64,000 bases of DNA from Spirochaetia bacterium (GTDB lineage: Bacteria > Spirochaetota > Spirochaetia > CADAEX01), in assembly GCA_963662265.2 (NCBI GenBank), contig CAXXHA010000011.1, positions 96,001 to 160,000 on the forward strand. Direction: 5' to 3'. The notes beneath the pieces are model-generated. The model saw nothing but the letters and a program-made list of their open reading frames with translations, searched no databases and was not told the DNA's origin. Shown here piece after piece: positions 30,482 to 40,611 of the stretch (positions are counted from its first letter, which is position 1; every line of letters starts with the position of its first letter). Made by a program: the position numbers and the translations under genes.

Positions 30482-30643
30482 ATTAACAGGTGCATTATTT
30501 AATGCTTTAATTCCTGGTACTTTCTGCTCCGGCTGAAGACTGGGATTTGTCCTGAATTACACAGTACAGTTTAACTGACGCATTTGAAAACAGTTTTATT
30601 GTGCCTGGAAATAGATTATTTGTAAAAAGAAGGTAGAACAGAT

Positions 30644-30871
30644 ATGCCGACATATGATTATGAATGCAGTTCATGCGGTTTACAGTTTGAGGTTTTTCAG
30701 TCAATGTCTGATGACCCTATCAAGGAATGTCCAAATTGCGGAAAAGAGGTTAAGAGACTCGTAGGTGGAGGCCTCGGTGTTATTTTCAAGGGAAGCGGTT
30801 TCTACGTTACAGATAATAACAAAAGTAATTCTGCTGCTCCGGGAGCTTCCAAAAGTTCTGATAAGAAATAA
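30644..30871 (+). CDS. FmdB-family zinc ribbon protein
   Basis: MPTYDYECSSCG...CPNCG...IFKGSGFYVTD. Confidence 0.9.
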   Translation: MPTYDYECSSCGLQFEVFQSMSDDPIKECPNCGKEVKRLVGGGLGVIFKGSGFYVTDNNKSNSAAPGASKSSDKK

Positions 30872-30928
30872 TATCGAGAGATATAAAATAGCCGGACGCA
30901 GTAAAGAATAATGTTTCCGGACAAAAAT

Positions 30929-30962
30929 AAAAAAAGCTGTCTGGGATCAGACAGCTTTTTTT
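30929..30962. terminator. Rho-independent terminator (bidirectional form)
   Basis: AAAAAAAGCTGTCT-GGGATC-AGACAGCTTTTTTT. Confidence 0.85.
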
Positions 30963-30996
30963 ATGGATGTTTAAGTAAAATAATTAAGAGGTTTGT

Positions 30997-31476
30997 ATGT
31001 CCAAGGTGAAAAAAACCAACGCTGTGCGAATTCTGGACAGCAGGAAAATATCTTATAAAATATATACATATGAAACAGACGACGGGTTTAATGACGGAAT
31101 ATCTGTCGCTTCTAAAATATTTAAAGATACAGATTCTGTTTTCAAGACTCTTGTAACTGAAGGGGTGAAAAAGGAAATATTTATTTTTATTATTCCTGTT
31201 GCATCGGAACTTGATTTAAAAAAAGCAGCTTCAGTTGCGGGTGAAAAAAAGATTGATATGGTACCTGTTAAGAAGATTTTTGATTTAACCGGGTATATCA
31301 GGGGAGGATGCTCTCCTGTCGGAATGAAAAAACTCTATAAGACTTTTATTGACTGCTCGGTTGAAAATATTGAAAATATAATAGTCAGCGGCGGAAAAAT
31401 AGGGCTTCAGATTGAAATGACACCTGATGATCTCATTAAAATAATAGATGCTGAAGTCGCTGATGTTGTTAAATAA
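30997..31476 (+). CDS. ybaK: Cys-tRNA(Pro) deacylase
   Basis: KTNAVRIL, VFKTLV, LDLKKAA, TGYIRGGCSP, SGGKIG. Confidence 0.92.
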   Translation: MSKVKKTNAVRILDSRKISYKIYTYETDDGFNDGISVASKIFKDTDSVFKTLVTEGVKKEIFIFIIPVASELDLKKAASVAGEKKIDMVPVKKIFDLTGYIRGGCSPVGMKKLYKTFIDCSVENIENIIVSGGKIGLQIEMTPDDLIKIIDAEVADVVK

Positions 31477-31511
31477 TGTCGGTAAAAGTGAAAGCCTCTT
31501 AATCCTGATTT

Positions 31512-32147
31512 TTATTCTGCAGGGTAAAGCACTCTTATCCCGTTGATATTGCGTGATGGCCCGGAACCCCATTTGTCCGAAATATTGTAAATTTTATTGA
31601 ATATATGTTCTTCAGGGAATTCCGGGTCATTCATGAAAAAACCATCAGAATCATATCCTGTAAGAACAATGTAATGGGGCGCATTTTTATAAGTCACTTC
31701 TGCTATAACAGGCTTTCTGCTGTCCAGATAGTATTTTATCAGCAATGTATCTGCAGGTCCTGCTTTCCAGTCAAAACGTGTATATACATATCCTTTATTA
31801 TAATTGCAGATAGAAGGCCAGTAGAGTTTTACTTTACCAAGATATTTTATCCCTTCATATGCATCTTCAAAACCGTTGTTTTTTTTCAGCCAGTTGTTCA
31901 GGTTATCCGGTGTTATATTATTGCCGCTGAAATATGACAGTACCATTGAAATACTGGTTAGAGCGCAGCCGTGTGTTCTTATAGTGAGATCTGATCCTGT
32001 CCCCAGTTTTTCATCTGCCCATGGAGCGTTTTTGCCCTGTTTTAAAACTGGTACAGGGAGTGGTTTTCCTGTTTCATGTGAATAAACAGAAAGAAAATTA
32101 AACATGAATAATGTAAATAATAAAAATATTCTGTATCTGAATCTCAT
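31512..32147 (-). CDS. Secreted C39-like cysteine peptidase
   Basis: Signal peptide; Q...W, GCALTS (Cys), PHYIVL (His), NDP (Asp). Confidence 0.8.
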   Translation of the reverse strand: MRFRYRIFLLFTLFMFNFLSVYSHETGKPLPVPVLKQGKNAPWADEKLGTGSDLTIRTHGCALTSISMVLSYFSGNNITPDNLNNWLKKNNGFEDAYEGIKYLGKVKLYWPSICNYNKGYVYTRFDWKAGPADTLLIKYYLDSRKPVIAEVTYKNAPHYIVLTGYDSDGFFMNDPEFPEEHIFNKIYNISDKWGSGPSRNINGIRVLYPAE

Positions 32148-32419
32148 AAAAATACCGTCTCTTAAAATCTGTTAAAACAGAACTGATCATACCATAAAAA
32201 TGTATTCTGTTAACAGTTAAAAAAGTTAACTGGAAAAACTTCTCCGGTCGAGTAGTTCGACAAAAAGGGCGAATCTCAATAGGTGTATTGGAAAGTATTT
32301 ATCCTTAGTATATGTAAATCTATATATAGAATGAACTTATATATAGATGGTGATTAATTATGAAGTTGGCACAAATAATGCTTTTATATCATTGGAAAAC
32401 AATTACCAAGGGGGATTGT

Positions 32420-32938
32420 ATGAGAAATATAGTAAATACGGTTTTTATTATTTTTACATTGACAGTGCTTTTTTCATGTTCAGATCCTACTGCAGCAGGA
32501 TATGATGAAACAGCTGATATAACTGAAAATACTACTGCCGGTACAGATACAGCTGATTCAGTAGGTGCAGTAGAATCAACAGATTCAACTGATTCAGCTG
32601 ATTCAACCGATTCAACCGATTCAACCGATTCAACCGATTCAACCGATTCAACCGACAGGATTGAAGCAGCAGACTTTTCAGAAGTTTCTGACGGCTCATC
32701 ACTGACAGATTACGGATTTACAGTAAGCGTTGACAGTTCAGGTAATGAAGCATTTGTAATCAACGATGGAGCAATTGAATTAAACAGCGAAAATGGCTGG
32801 TTTGACTTTTCCACTACTGATTTTGAAATTGACAGAAGCAGCAGTAACGGAATTAAAGCAGAATGGGAAATCAGGTATCCTGAAGCAATAGATCAGCTTG
32901 ACCGTGAAATGGCTAAGTATGAATTCCCTGTCAGCTGA
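32420..32938 (+). CDS. Acidic lipoprotein with DST tripeptide repeats
   Basis: ATG 32420 follows SD GGGGA; lipobox LFSC; D/S/T-rich linker then a short beta-rich region. Confidence 0.7.
   Translation: MRNIVNTVFIIFTLTVLFSCSDPTAAGYDETADITENTTAGTDTADSVGAVESTDSTDSADSTDSTDSTDSTDSTDSTDRIEAADFSEVSDGSSLTDYGFTVSVDSSGNEAFVINDGAIELNSENGWFDFSTTDFEIDRSSSNGIKAEWEIRYPEAIDQLDREMAKYEFPVS
32573..32653 (+). repeat. 9-bp coding tandem repeat (GATTCAACC)n
   Basis: Six perfect copies at 32600-32653 plus degenerate upstream copies; encodes Asp-Ser-Thr. Confidence 0.95.
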
Positions 32939-32949
32939 TTCTTATGACA

Positions 32950-34140
32950 TTATGATTGTTTATGGCTGTAAATAACAGTTTCTATTTTTTCAACTGTTTC
33001 TGCTATCATTTCATCAAGCTTGAGAAGTTCGAAAGATTCATTTATTTTATCAAAGTCCGGCTTTACAAGGGGATGATCCGGCGCAAAAATTGTACAGCAG
33101 TCATCGTATGGCAGTATTGAAGTCTCAAAAGTGTCAATCTTCTTCGCTATCTGTATAATTTCCTCCTTATCAAGACCAATCAGAGGCCTGAAAACCGGAA
33201 GTGTTGTTTTTGAACCTGTAAATCTCATGCTTTCTGCTGTCTGGCTTGCAACCTGGCTCAGGCTTTCTCCTGTAATAAGAGAGTTCGCACGGATATTTTC
33301 CGCTGTGATATCTGCGATCTTCATCATTGCACCCCTTGAAAGGAGTGTAACCTCTTCTTTTCTGCAGTTTTCCCTTATGTAAATCTGTATATCTGTAAAC
33401 GGGACTATATGCAGCTTGATTGAGGGAAGATAAAGTGAAAGCCTTTCCGCAAGTTCCCTGACCTTGTCAAGTGACTGATCTGAAGTGTAGGGGTATGTAT
33501 GGAAATAGACTGCTTCAAGGTATGCGCCTCTCTTGCCCATCATCCATCCCGCAACAGGCGAATCTATGCCGCCGGAAAGAAGAAGTACGCTTTTTCCCGC
33601 AATTCCTGCCGGAAGTCCTCCCGGGCCCCTTGTCTCAGGTCCGTAGATAAAAGCCTGCTCCCTTATTTCAACTGATATTTTAAAATCCGGTTTCTTTACA
33701 TTGACTTTCAGTGAATCAAATTTATCAAGAATAATTTCACCAAGCCTGCATGAGATTTCATATGAGCCAAGCGGAAATCCCTTGTCAGATCTCCTGCTTT
33801 CAATTTTAAAAGTCTTAAGATCCTCATTTTCAGAAAGTATTTTCTCTGAAAGCGAGAGGACAGTTTTTTCAATAGTTTCCATATTTTTGGAAACTGAATA
33901 TGCCTTAGTGTAAGCTACAATGCCGAATACCCTGGAGAGAGTGTTTTCTATATGTTCAACAACTTCAGGTTTATCCATATCTTCTGATTGAAGAAAAAAC
34001 CTGCCTGCCCTGCCTGTTATCCGGACGCTGATGCTTCCTAGCTGTTTTTTTATATTATTGACAAGCTTTTTTTCAAAGGCTTTTCTGTTTCCCCCCTTAA
34101 GGCTGATTTCTCCAATTTTTATCAGAAAAAGCTGTTTCAT
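32950..34140 (-). CDS. thiI: tRNA 4-thiouridine(8) synthase (no rhodanese domain)
   Basis: GEISLKG, THUMP domain, PP-loop LLSGGIDS, GESLSQVASQT, PYDDCC. Confidence 0.95.
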   Translation of the reverse strand: MKQLFLIKIGEISLKGGNRKAFEKKLVNNIKKQLGSISVRITGRAGRFFLQSEDMDKPEVVEHIENTLSRVFGIVAYTKAYSVSKNMETIEKTVLSLSEKILSENEDLKTFKIESRRSDKGFPLGSYEISCRLGEIILDKFDSLKVNVKKPDFKISVEIREQAFIYGPETRGPGGLPAGIAGKSVLLLSGGIDSPVAGWMMGKRGAYLEAVYFHTYPYTSDQSLDKVRELAERLSLYLPSIKLHIVPFTDIQIYIRENCRKEEVTLLSRGAMMKIADITAENIRANSLITGESLSQVASQTAESMRFTGSKTTLPVFRPLIGLDKEEIIQIAKKIDTFETSILPYDDCCTIFAPDHPLVKPDFDKINESFELLKLDEMIAETVEKIETVIYSHKQS

Positions 34141-34473
34141 TTATTTCTCTCCGGGTTACTGATTATCTGAGCGTAAAATACAGTTTCATAGCTTCAGATT
34201 TATGTTTGAATTATTTAAAAATATTACACAGCAATATAGCATACAATTGAAACCTGTTTAAGAGGTTTTCAGAGACTGCAGAAATATTCTGTTCAGGGGA
34301 TATCCTTGTGTTTCCTGAAGAATTAAAAAACAGATCACGTGGATTATGTTGAATTACAGATATTTATCTAATAAAGCTGATTTCTGTAATCAGTCAGTAA
34401 TATATTCATAATAATCATTTTCAGAAGATTAAACCCGGTGCAGCTTGATTACGGGATTGTTCAGCCAGATTGT

Positions 34474-35637
34474 TTATCTTGAAATACCGAGAAGCTTGTT
34501 TACCTCTTCCTCCAGCGCATCACAGAAATTATTTATATCATCTTCAGTCGTTGTAAAGCCGGTGGAAATCCTGACAGCTGAGAATGCTTTTTTATTGTTA
34601 ATTTTCATTGCAGACAAGGTGTCTGAGTGTTTTTTATTGTTTGATGAGCATGCAGATCCTGATGAAATACAGAATCCCCTGTCGCTTAAAACCCTTGTAA
34701 GGACTTCTGCCGGAACAGGCTTGAATGATGTATTCAGTATATAAGGTGAATAGTTTTCATCAGACCTTTTTCTTTCATCCGGGATTATTTCACAGCCTCT
34801 GACAGAAGACAGCCTGTCAAAAAGCAATTTATAAAGCTTTTCAGCCTTGTTGTGTCTTTCTGAAAAATTATTAACCGCCTTTTCAAGTGCAAGCGCTGTA
34901 CCGTGTATTCCGGGAAGGTTTTCTGTACCGGCTCTCAATCCCCCCTCCTGTCCGCCCCCGGTAAACAGAGGCATTATGCTGCTGTTTACAACAAGAATAC
35001 CGCAGCCTCTCGGCCCTGAGAACTTATGAGCGCTAATTGAGACAGTATCAATATTATTGTCTGCCGGATTGAAACTGACTTTTCCTATTCCCTGAACTGC
35101 ATCGCAGTGGAAATGTATTTTAAGGCTGTTATCTTTTGCATATTTCTTCACAGCCGAGGCAGTTTCATGTACCGGCTGAACAGCTCCTGTTTCATTATTT
35201 ACAAGCATCAGTGAAACAAACTGAACATCACTGTCCATTTGTTTCATGAAAGATTCAGGTCTGGCAATACCGTTTTTTTCAGGATTTATCATGATTACAG
35301 TAAATCCTGCCTCTTTGAGAATTTTACATGGTTCTGATACTGCGGGGTGTTCAATTGAGGAAACAAGTATTTTCCCCCGCTTTTTTTTCCTCAGGAGAGA
35401 CAAGAGAGCTATATTGTTTGATTCTGTGCCGCCTGAAGTGAAATATATGTTTTTATTCTGAACTGAAAGAGATTTTGCACAGATCTCCCTTGATTTTTCG
35501 AGTAGATTTTTTGCTTTAAGTCCCTCGCTGTGTAAAGATGAAGGATTTCCGAATATTTCTGATGCTGTTTCAGCTGATTTCTTAATAATTTCAGGATCAG
35601 GAACAGATGTTGCTGCCCAGTCAAGATAAGTGCTCAT
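34474..35637 (-). CDS. iscS: Cysteine desulfurase (IscS/NifZ type)
   Basis: YLDWAAT, TSGGTESNN, NNETG, SAHKF, SSGSAC. Confidence 0.92.
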   Translation of the reverse strand: MSTYLDWAATSVPDPEIIKKSAETASEIFGNPSSLHSEGLKAKNLLEKSREICAKSLSVQNKNIYFTSGGTESNNIALLSLLRKKKRGKILVSSIEHPAVSEPCKILKEAGFTVIMINPEKNGIARPESFMKQMDSDVQFVSLMLVNNETGAVQPVHETASAVKKYAKDNSLKIHFHCDAVQGIGKVSFNPADNNIDTVSISAHKFSGPRGCGILVVNSSIMPLFTGGGQEGGLRAGTENLPGIHGTALALEKAVNNFSERHNKAEKLYKLLFDRLSSVRGCEIIPDERKRSDENYSPYILNTSFKPVPAEVLTRVLSDRGFCISSGSACSSNNKKHSDTLSAMKINNKKAFSAVRISTGFTTTEDDINNFCDALEEEVNKLLGISR

Positions 35638-35738
35638 GGTTTTAGATTATAATTTGTTAAAAAAATCATCAATATATTTTATAAATATATTGGAACAATA
35701 TTGATGAAAAAATTTATTTAAGATATTATATATATATT

Positions 35739-36059
35739 ATGAAGACTATATATACATGTGAAAGTGACACCCTGAAAGTCTACTCACAGAAAATCAAGGT
35801 TTGTGGACATCCGGTTAGACTGAAAATACTATGCTTTATCAAAACAGGTGCACCCTGTGTTAAAGAGATGTGGGAATGTCTTGACCAGCCTCAGCCGGTT
35901 ATTTCACAGCACCTGGCAGTTCTGAAGGAAAATGGGGTTGTAAGTTCTGAAATTGACGGAAATAGAAGAATTTATAAGATAATAGATCCATTTGTTGACA
36001 ATATGCTGACATTGATTGCAGAGTGCCTTACAAAAGAAGCGGATGAAAAGAAAAAATAA
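35739..36059 (+). CDS. ArsR/SmtB family transcriptional regulator
   Basis: GHPVRLKIL, QPVISQHLAVLK winged HTH. Confidence 0.88.
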   Translation: MKTIYTCESDTLKVYSQKIKVCGHPVRLKILCFIKTGAPCVKEMWECLDQPQPVISQHLAVLKENGVVSSEIDGNRRIYKIIDPFVDNMLTLIAECLTKEADEKKK

Positions 36060-36083
36060 AAATTTTTATTAATTAACATCAGC

Positions 36084-36115
36084 AAAACCGGGAATAATAA
36101 TCCCGGTATTTTTTT
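36084..36115. terminator. Terminator between convergent arsR and hrpA
   Basis: ACCGGGA-ATAATAA-TCCCGGT followed by a T-run. Confidence 0.7.
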
Positions 36116-36176
36116 ATATATTTATATTTAACAGATGAAAACTGCTTTTGAAGCAGCATTCATCTGTTTTTTTATG

Positions 36177-38675
36177 CTAGAAATCTGTGTAATACTGTTT
36201 ATCAAGTATGAAATTAAGCCTTCTGTAGATAGAACTGATTTTCTCAATCATTCCGGAATCAGTGCTGTCGGGAAGTTCATCCATAAGATTATCGAGACTA
36301 CCTATGCTGGTGGCAAGAGCATTGTCAAAACTCTTAGATACTTTCAGCCAGTAATTTCCCCTGTTGTCTGTATTCAATGATATAAAGCCAAGCTGTTTCC
36401 CTTTTTTCTTTGCCGGGCATGTGTATAGCAGGAATTTGATATTCTGAATTATTATGTTGAGAGCTGTATATGAGTTCATGTTCCCCTTGTGCGGCAGGTT
36501 TTTTACCGACATCCTGACAGGATCCATAAAAGGTACAACCCTGAGAATATTTTTCAGTTTTTCACCGTACAGGAGTTCAAAATTTTTATAGACAATCTTG
36601 CCGGAAATGCCTGAAGGGATGAAAATCTTGCTGAAGTCAGATTTTCTGTGAATATCAACAAGTTTCTCCCAGTCAAGTACAGCCATTTTTTTCTTTTTAC
36701 CCTTGAAAGTTTCAATCTTGAAAAGATACTCTCCAAGTTTGAGTGAATTTGAAGTATCCCGCTTATTTCTCCTGTCGCCGGGTATTTCCTTACTCATAAG
36801 ACGGTCTGCAAGCCCCGGTGATATATTCTTAAGCCATTCTTTTCTCAGCGGTGAAACTGAGTGGGCAAACATCTTGCTTGTTCTTACAATTTCACCTGCA
36901 ACAATAAACTGCGGATTTTCCTTGAACATGACAGAACCGGGATGTATATGGATTTTATCGGCAGTAAGACTCCTGTAGCTGCCTTTACCCGCTTTTACAC
37001 ATACAAACTGTATTAACCCTTTGCAGACGCAGTAGAGGTAGTCAGCTGTGCTTCCTCCTGATGAAATAGGAACCCCTATATCTTCTCTTACAATATCTTC
37101 AAGCTGGGTTTTTATGTTCAGAAGTTCGTTCATCACTTTTATATCAAGGTAGTATCTGTCGCAGAATTCCTCTTTCTTTTCAGATGCTTCAAATTTCCTG
37201 AATATTTTAAGATATGAAACAAAGTCGCCTTCTTTTGTTCTGAGAGAGTGGTGTGCTTTTCTCGCTTCAAACTCCTCGCCCTGCGGCAGGAGGAAGGGTG
37301 AATTAGTGGAGAGAAATGTTGCTGCAATTAGAACTTCCTCAATAACATCCGGGTGGTTATAAACTGCCTCAACTATGATTCTTGAAAGCCTCGGGGAGAG
37401 GGGGAATTTAACCATCATTTCACCGGCCCTGGTAAGAGTATGGTCATTATTAATAGCTTCAAGAAGCTTGAGTGTATCAACAGCCCCTATAATACCCTGT
37501 TTGCCCGGGGATGAAATAAAATCGAATGATTCAAAATCTCTGATTCCAAGTTCAGCCATCCTGAGTACAACCTCGGAAAGGTCAGTCCTGTATATCTCTT
37601 CTTTTGTGAAAAGCTGCCTTGTTTCAAAATCGCTTCTTGTATAGAGCCTGTAACATGTCCCTTCCTGTGTTCTTCCGGCTCTCCCTTTTCTCTGGTTGCA
37701 GGATGCTTTTGAAATATCTGTTTCAAGAAGGGCAGAAGTAAATGTTCTCGGATTATAGTTGTTTATTTTCGCAAGACCTGAATCAATAACAGATGTAATC
37801 CCGTCAATTGTCACGCTGGTTTCTGCTATGTTTGTCGAAACAACAATCTTTGTTTTTCCCCTTGGGGTCTGCACAAAAACCCTTTCCTGCTCCTCTTTTG
37901 AAAGCCTTCCGTAGAGGGGGAGAATTACCATTTTTCTTCTCAAGGGGGATGCATTGAGCATTCTAATGCAGTCTTTTATCTGCTTTTCCCCTGACAGAAA
38001 TACAAGTATATCTCCCTTTCTCCTCTCCTTTATAACCCTGCTTATAATGTCGTTGATTTTCATAATCAGCTCATCATAGCTGTTTCTTCCCTCTTTAAGG
38101 GGTGAATATACAATTCCGACCGGAAATACAATCGAATCTATATGTACTACAGGAACTCCCCCGAAATATTCGGAAAAAACAGTTGTATTGATGGTAGCAG
38201 ATGAAATAATAACCTTAAAATCTTTTCTCTCCTCAATTACCCTCTTGAGAAGGCCGAGGATGAAATCAATATTGAGACTCCTTTCATGTGCCTCATCTAT
38301 AATTATACAGCTGTATTTTGATAGAAGCGGATCTGTTTTTATCTCCTGCAGAAGTATGCCGTCTGTCATTACTTTCAGAAGTGTCTCATGCGATGTCATA
38401 TCATTAAACCGCATCTTATAACCGACAAGACCGGGAACATTTGTCTTCAGCTGGTTTGCCATATAATCGCAGACAGAAAGGGTGGCTATTCTTCTGGGCT
38501 GTGTAACTCCGATTATCCCTTTTGCAGCCATCCCTGCTTCATAGAGAATAAGCGGCAGCTGAGTAGTTTTTCCTGATCCGGTCGGACTTTCTACAATTAT
38601 TACCTGGTTTGTTTCCAGTGCCTCCAGTATCTTGTCTTTCTGCTGGTATACCGGAAGAGTTTTCGGATCTATCAT
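36177..38675 (-). CDS. hrpA: ATP-dependent DEAH-box RNA helicase
   Basis: SPTGSGKTTQ, TQPRR, DEAHER, SAT, TNIAETS, QRKGRAGR, HA2 and OB regions. Confidence 0.92.
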   Translation of the reverse strand: MIDPKTLPVYQQKDKILEALETNQVIIVESPTGSGKTTQLPLILYEAGMAAKGIIGVTQPRRIATLSVCDYMANQLKTNVPGLVGYKMRFNDMTSHETLLKVMTDGILLQEIKTDPLLSKYSCIIIDEAHERSLNIDFILGLLKRVIEERKDFKVIISSATINTTVFSEYFGGVPVVHIDSIVFPVGIVYSPLKEGRNSYDELIMKINDIISRVIKERRKGDILVFLSGEKQIKDCIRMLNASPLRRKMVILPLYGRLSKEEQERVFVQTPRGKTKIVVSTNIAETSVTIDGITSVIDSGLAKINNYNPRTFTSALLETDISKASCNQRKGRAGRTQEGTCYRLYTRSDFETRQLFTKEEIYRTDLSEVVLRMAELGIRDFESFDFISSPGKQGIIGAVDTLKLLEAINNDHTLTRAGEMMVKFPLSPRLSRIIVEAVYNHPDVIEEVLIAATFLSTNSPFLLPQGEEFEARKAHHSLRTKEGDFVSYLKIFRKFEASEKKEEFCDRYYLDIKVMNELLNIKTQLEDIVREDIGVPISSGGSTADYLYCVCKGLIQFVCVKAGKGSYRSLTADKIHIHPGSVMFKENPQFIVAGEIVRTSKMFAHSVSPLRKEWLKNISPGLADRLMSKEIPGDRRNKRDTSNSLKLGEYLFKIETFKGKKKKMAVLDWEKLVDIHRKSDFSKIFIPSGISGKIVYKNFELLYGEKLKNILRVVPFMDPVRMSVKNLPHKGNMNSYTALNIIIQNIKFLLYTCPAKKKGKQLGFISLNTDNRGNYWLKVSKSFDNALATSIGSLDNLMDELPDSTDSGMIEKISSIYRRLNFILDKQYYTDF

Positions 38676-39992
38676 TTATTGTCCTTTCTTGATTATTTCT
38701 GCTATTTTATCAATTCCTTCATCAGTTTTTATCTGGTTGAAATTATCCCTGTTGAAAAGGTCTTTTACTGTTATTGTCCCTGATTCAAATTCATCCGATC
38801 CGCATATAATTCCGGCAGGAATATTCTTTTTTTCAGAATATTTAAACTGTTTATCAAGTTTTTTGTTGTCAGGGTAGACTTCGCAGGATAATCCCCTTGC
38901 TCTTATTTCCTCGGCCAGCCGATGGTAGTAGGGGAGAAGTTTGCTGTCAAAGTTGAATATTATGCAGTCGCACTGGTTTATTCCAGATTTCTTACTGTCA
39001 ATTTCTTCGAGTCCCGCGAGAAGCCTGTCAATGCCAATTGATGCACCTACTCCCGGAAGGTTGTCTTTTGTATATAGAGATGCAAGATTGTTGTATCTTC
39101 CTCCTGAGCATACAGAGCCGATAGATGGAAGTTCTGTAAGGAATGTTTCAAATACAATTCCTGTATAGTAATCAAGACCCCTTGTTATTGACGGGTCAAG
39201 CACATAGAAATCTTCCAGTTTGTTTTCCTTTATTGCTTCATAAATATCTGAAATTCTTTCTGTATCATCGCTTTTTCCACCGGCAAGTTCTGTTATTTTC
39301 GAGAGAGTTTCCGAAAAAGACTTTTCAGGAGTTATATAACTGAGGATTTTTCTGCTTTTTTCATCCCCTGTAATTTCTGAAAGAAGAGCCAGGACTTTTT
39401 CCTCACCGATTTTTGCAAGCTTATCAACAGTCCTGAGTATTTCCACTGATTTATCCTCAATTCCGAGGTGGTTCAGAAACCTGTTGAAAATTGCCCTGTT
39501 TGAAAGATGTATTTTAAAGTTATCAATACCAAGACTCTGTATTGATTTCTTCATCAGAAGGATTATCTCAAGGTCAGCTGCAGCTGAATCTGCCCCCACT
39601 ATATCGAAGTCACACTGGTAAAATTCCCTGTATCTCCCTTTCTGTGTGTTTTCTCCTCTCCATACTTTTGAGATGTGGAATCTTTTGAAAGGGAAGTAAA
39701 GGCTGTTTTTATTTGCAGCTACATACCGTGCAAAAGGTACTGTGAGGTCAAACCTCATTGAAACATCTCTGTCCCCGTGGTCATTGAAACGGTAAATCTG
39801 CTTATCTGTTTCTCCGCCACCTTTTCCAAGCAGTACTTCTGTATATTCAAGTGTCGGTGTATCTATTGGAACAAACCCGAACATGGAAAAATTTTTCTCA
39901 AGAATTTCAAATAGTTTTTTTCTCTTAATTTCAAAATCAGGAAGAGTGTCTCTGAATCCTTTCAGTATTTTTGGTTCAATTAATTTAGCCAT
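38676..39992 (-). CDS. hisS: Histidine--tRNA ligase
   Basis: RFDLTVP, GRYREFYQCD, RGLDYYTG, GGRY, anticodon-binding domain. Confidence 0.96.
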   Translation of the reverse strand: MAKLIEPKILKGFRDTLPDFEIKRKKLFEILEKNFSMFGFVPIDTPTLEYTEVLLGKGGGETDKQIYRFNDHGDRDVSMRFDLTVPFARYVAANKNSLYFPFKRFHISKVWRGENTQKGRYREFYQCDFDIVGADSAAADLEIILLMKKSIQSLGIDNFKIHLSNRAIFNRFLNHLGIEDKSVEILRTVDKLAKIGEEKVLALLSEITGDEKSRKILSYITPEKSFSETLSKITELAGGKSDDTERISDIYEAIKENKLEDFYVLDPSITRGLDYYTGIVFETFLTELPSIGSVCSGGRYNNLASLYTKDNLPGVGASIGIDRLLAGLEEIDSKKSGINQCDCIIFNFDSKLLPYYHRLAEEIRARGLSCEVYPDNKKLDKQFKYSEKKNIPAGIICGSDEFESGTITVKDLFNRDNFNQIKTDEGIDKIAEIIKKGQ

Positions 39993-40611
39993 TTTGTATC
40001 TCTCATGTAAAAATATTTTGTATGCCGAAAATCGGTCAATTTATGCATAATTTCTGATCACTTTGCAGTATTCCCCGGTACAGAATCAGTAAATAAATAA
40101 AACTGATATTTCTGCAAAATCTGATATTGAATTATTACTTTAAATAATGCAAAAAACGCATCCATATGCATTAAATAATACAGCATATAATAGCCTCTAT
40201 CAACCGCCATATTTATCTACCCCTTTATCCTGAAATTATGTAATTAAAAACGAGATTATCATGAAGAATGTATCATCGAAATCATAATTAATATTTAGGC
40301 TTTTAAAAAAAAAGTATTTATGCAATAATTTAGGAAATTGAGAATTTTAACCTGATTTTACAGGATTTATATAAAAAAAAACTGATAAGGGTTTTATTTC
40401 AGTATAATTCCGGAGGGAAGCAATTATACCGGCAAAGGAAAGCAGGATTTATTTCTGTCCCTTTTCCCGGTATATTCAGCAAATATCAGAAAGCTGAAAA
40501 TATCCATGACAAACGCATGGTTATCAATGGTTTATAATATTTCTGTTTTACGTATTCTTTTCCGGAGTGCTGTATGAAGACTTTATCAGGTACAGGAAGC
40601 TGGAACAGAGA

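Noticed and set aside
32573-32653. CRISPR array or phase-variation tract
   Set aside because: It is an in-frame 9-bp tandem repeat with no spacers; copy changes keep the reading frame
34141-34473. Riboswitch (e.g. TPP) or small gene upstream of thiI
   Set aside because: No recognisable TPP aptamer core, convincing hairpin series or ORF with an SD
40060-40170. Possible 35-aa leader peptide upstream of hisS (minus strand)
   Set aside because: It has no His codons, no SD and no attenuator structure; probably a chance ORF
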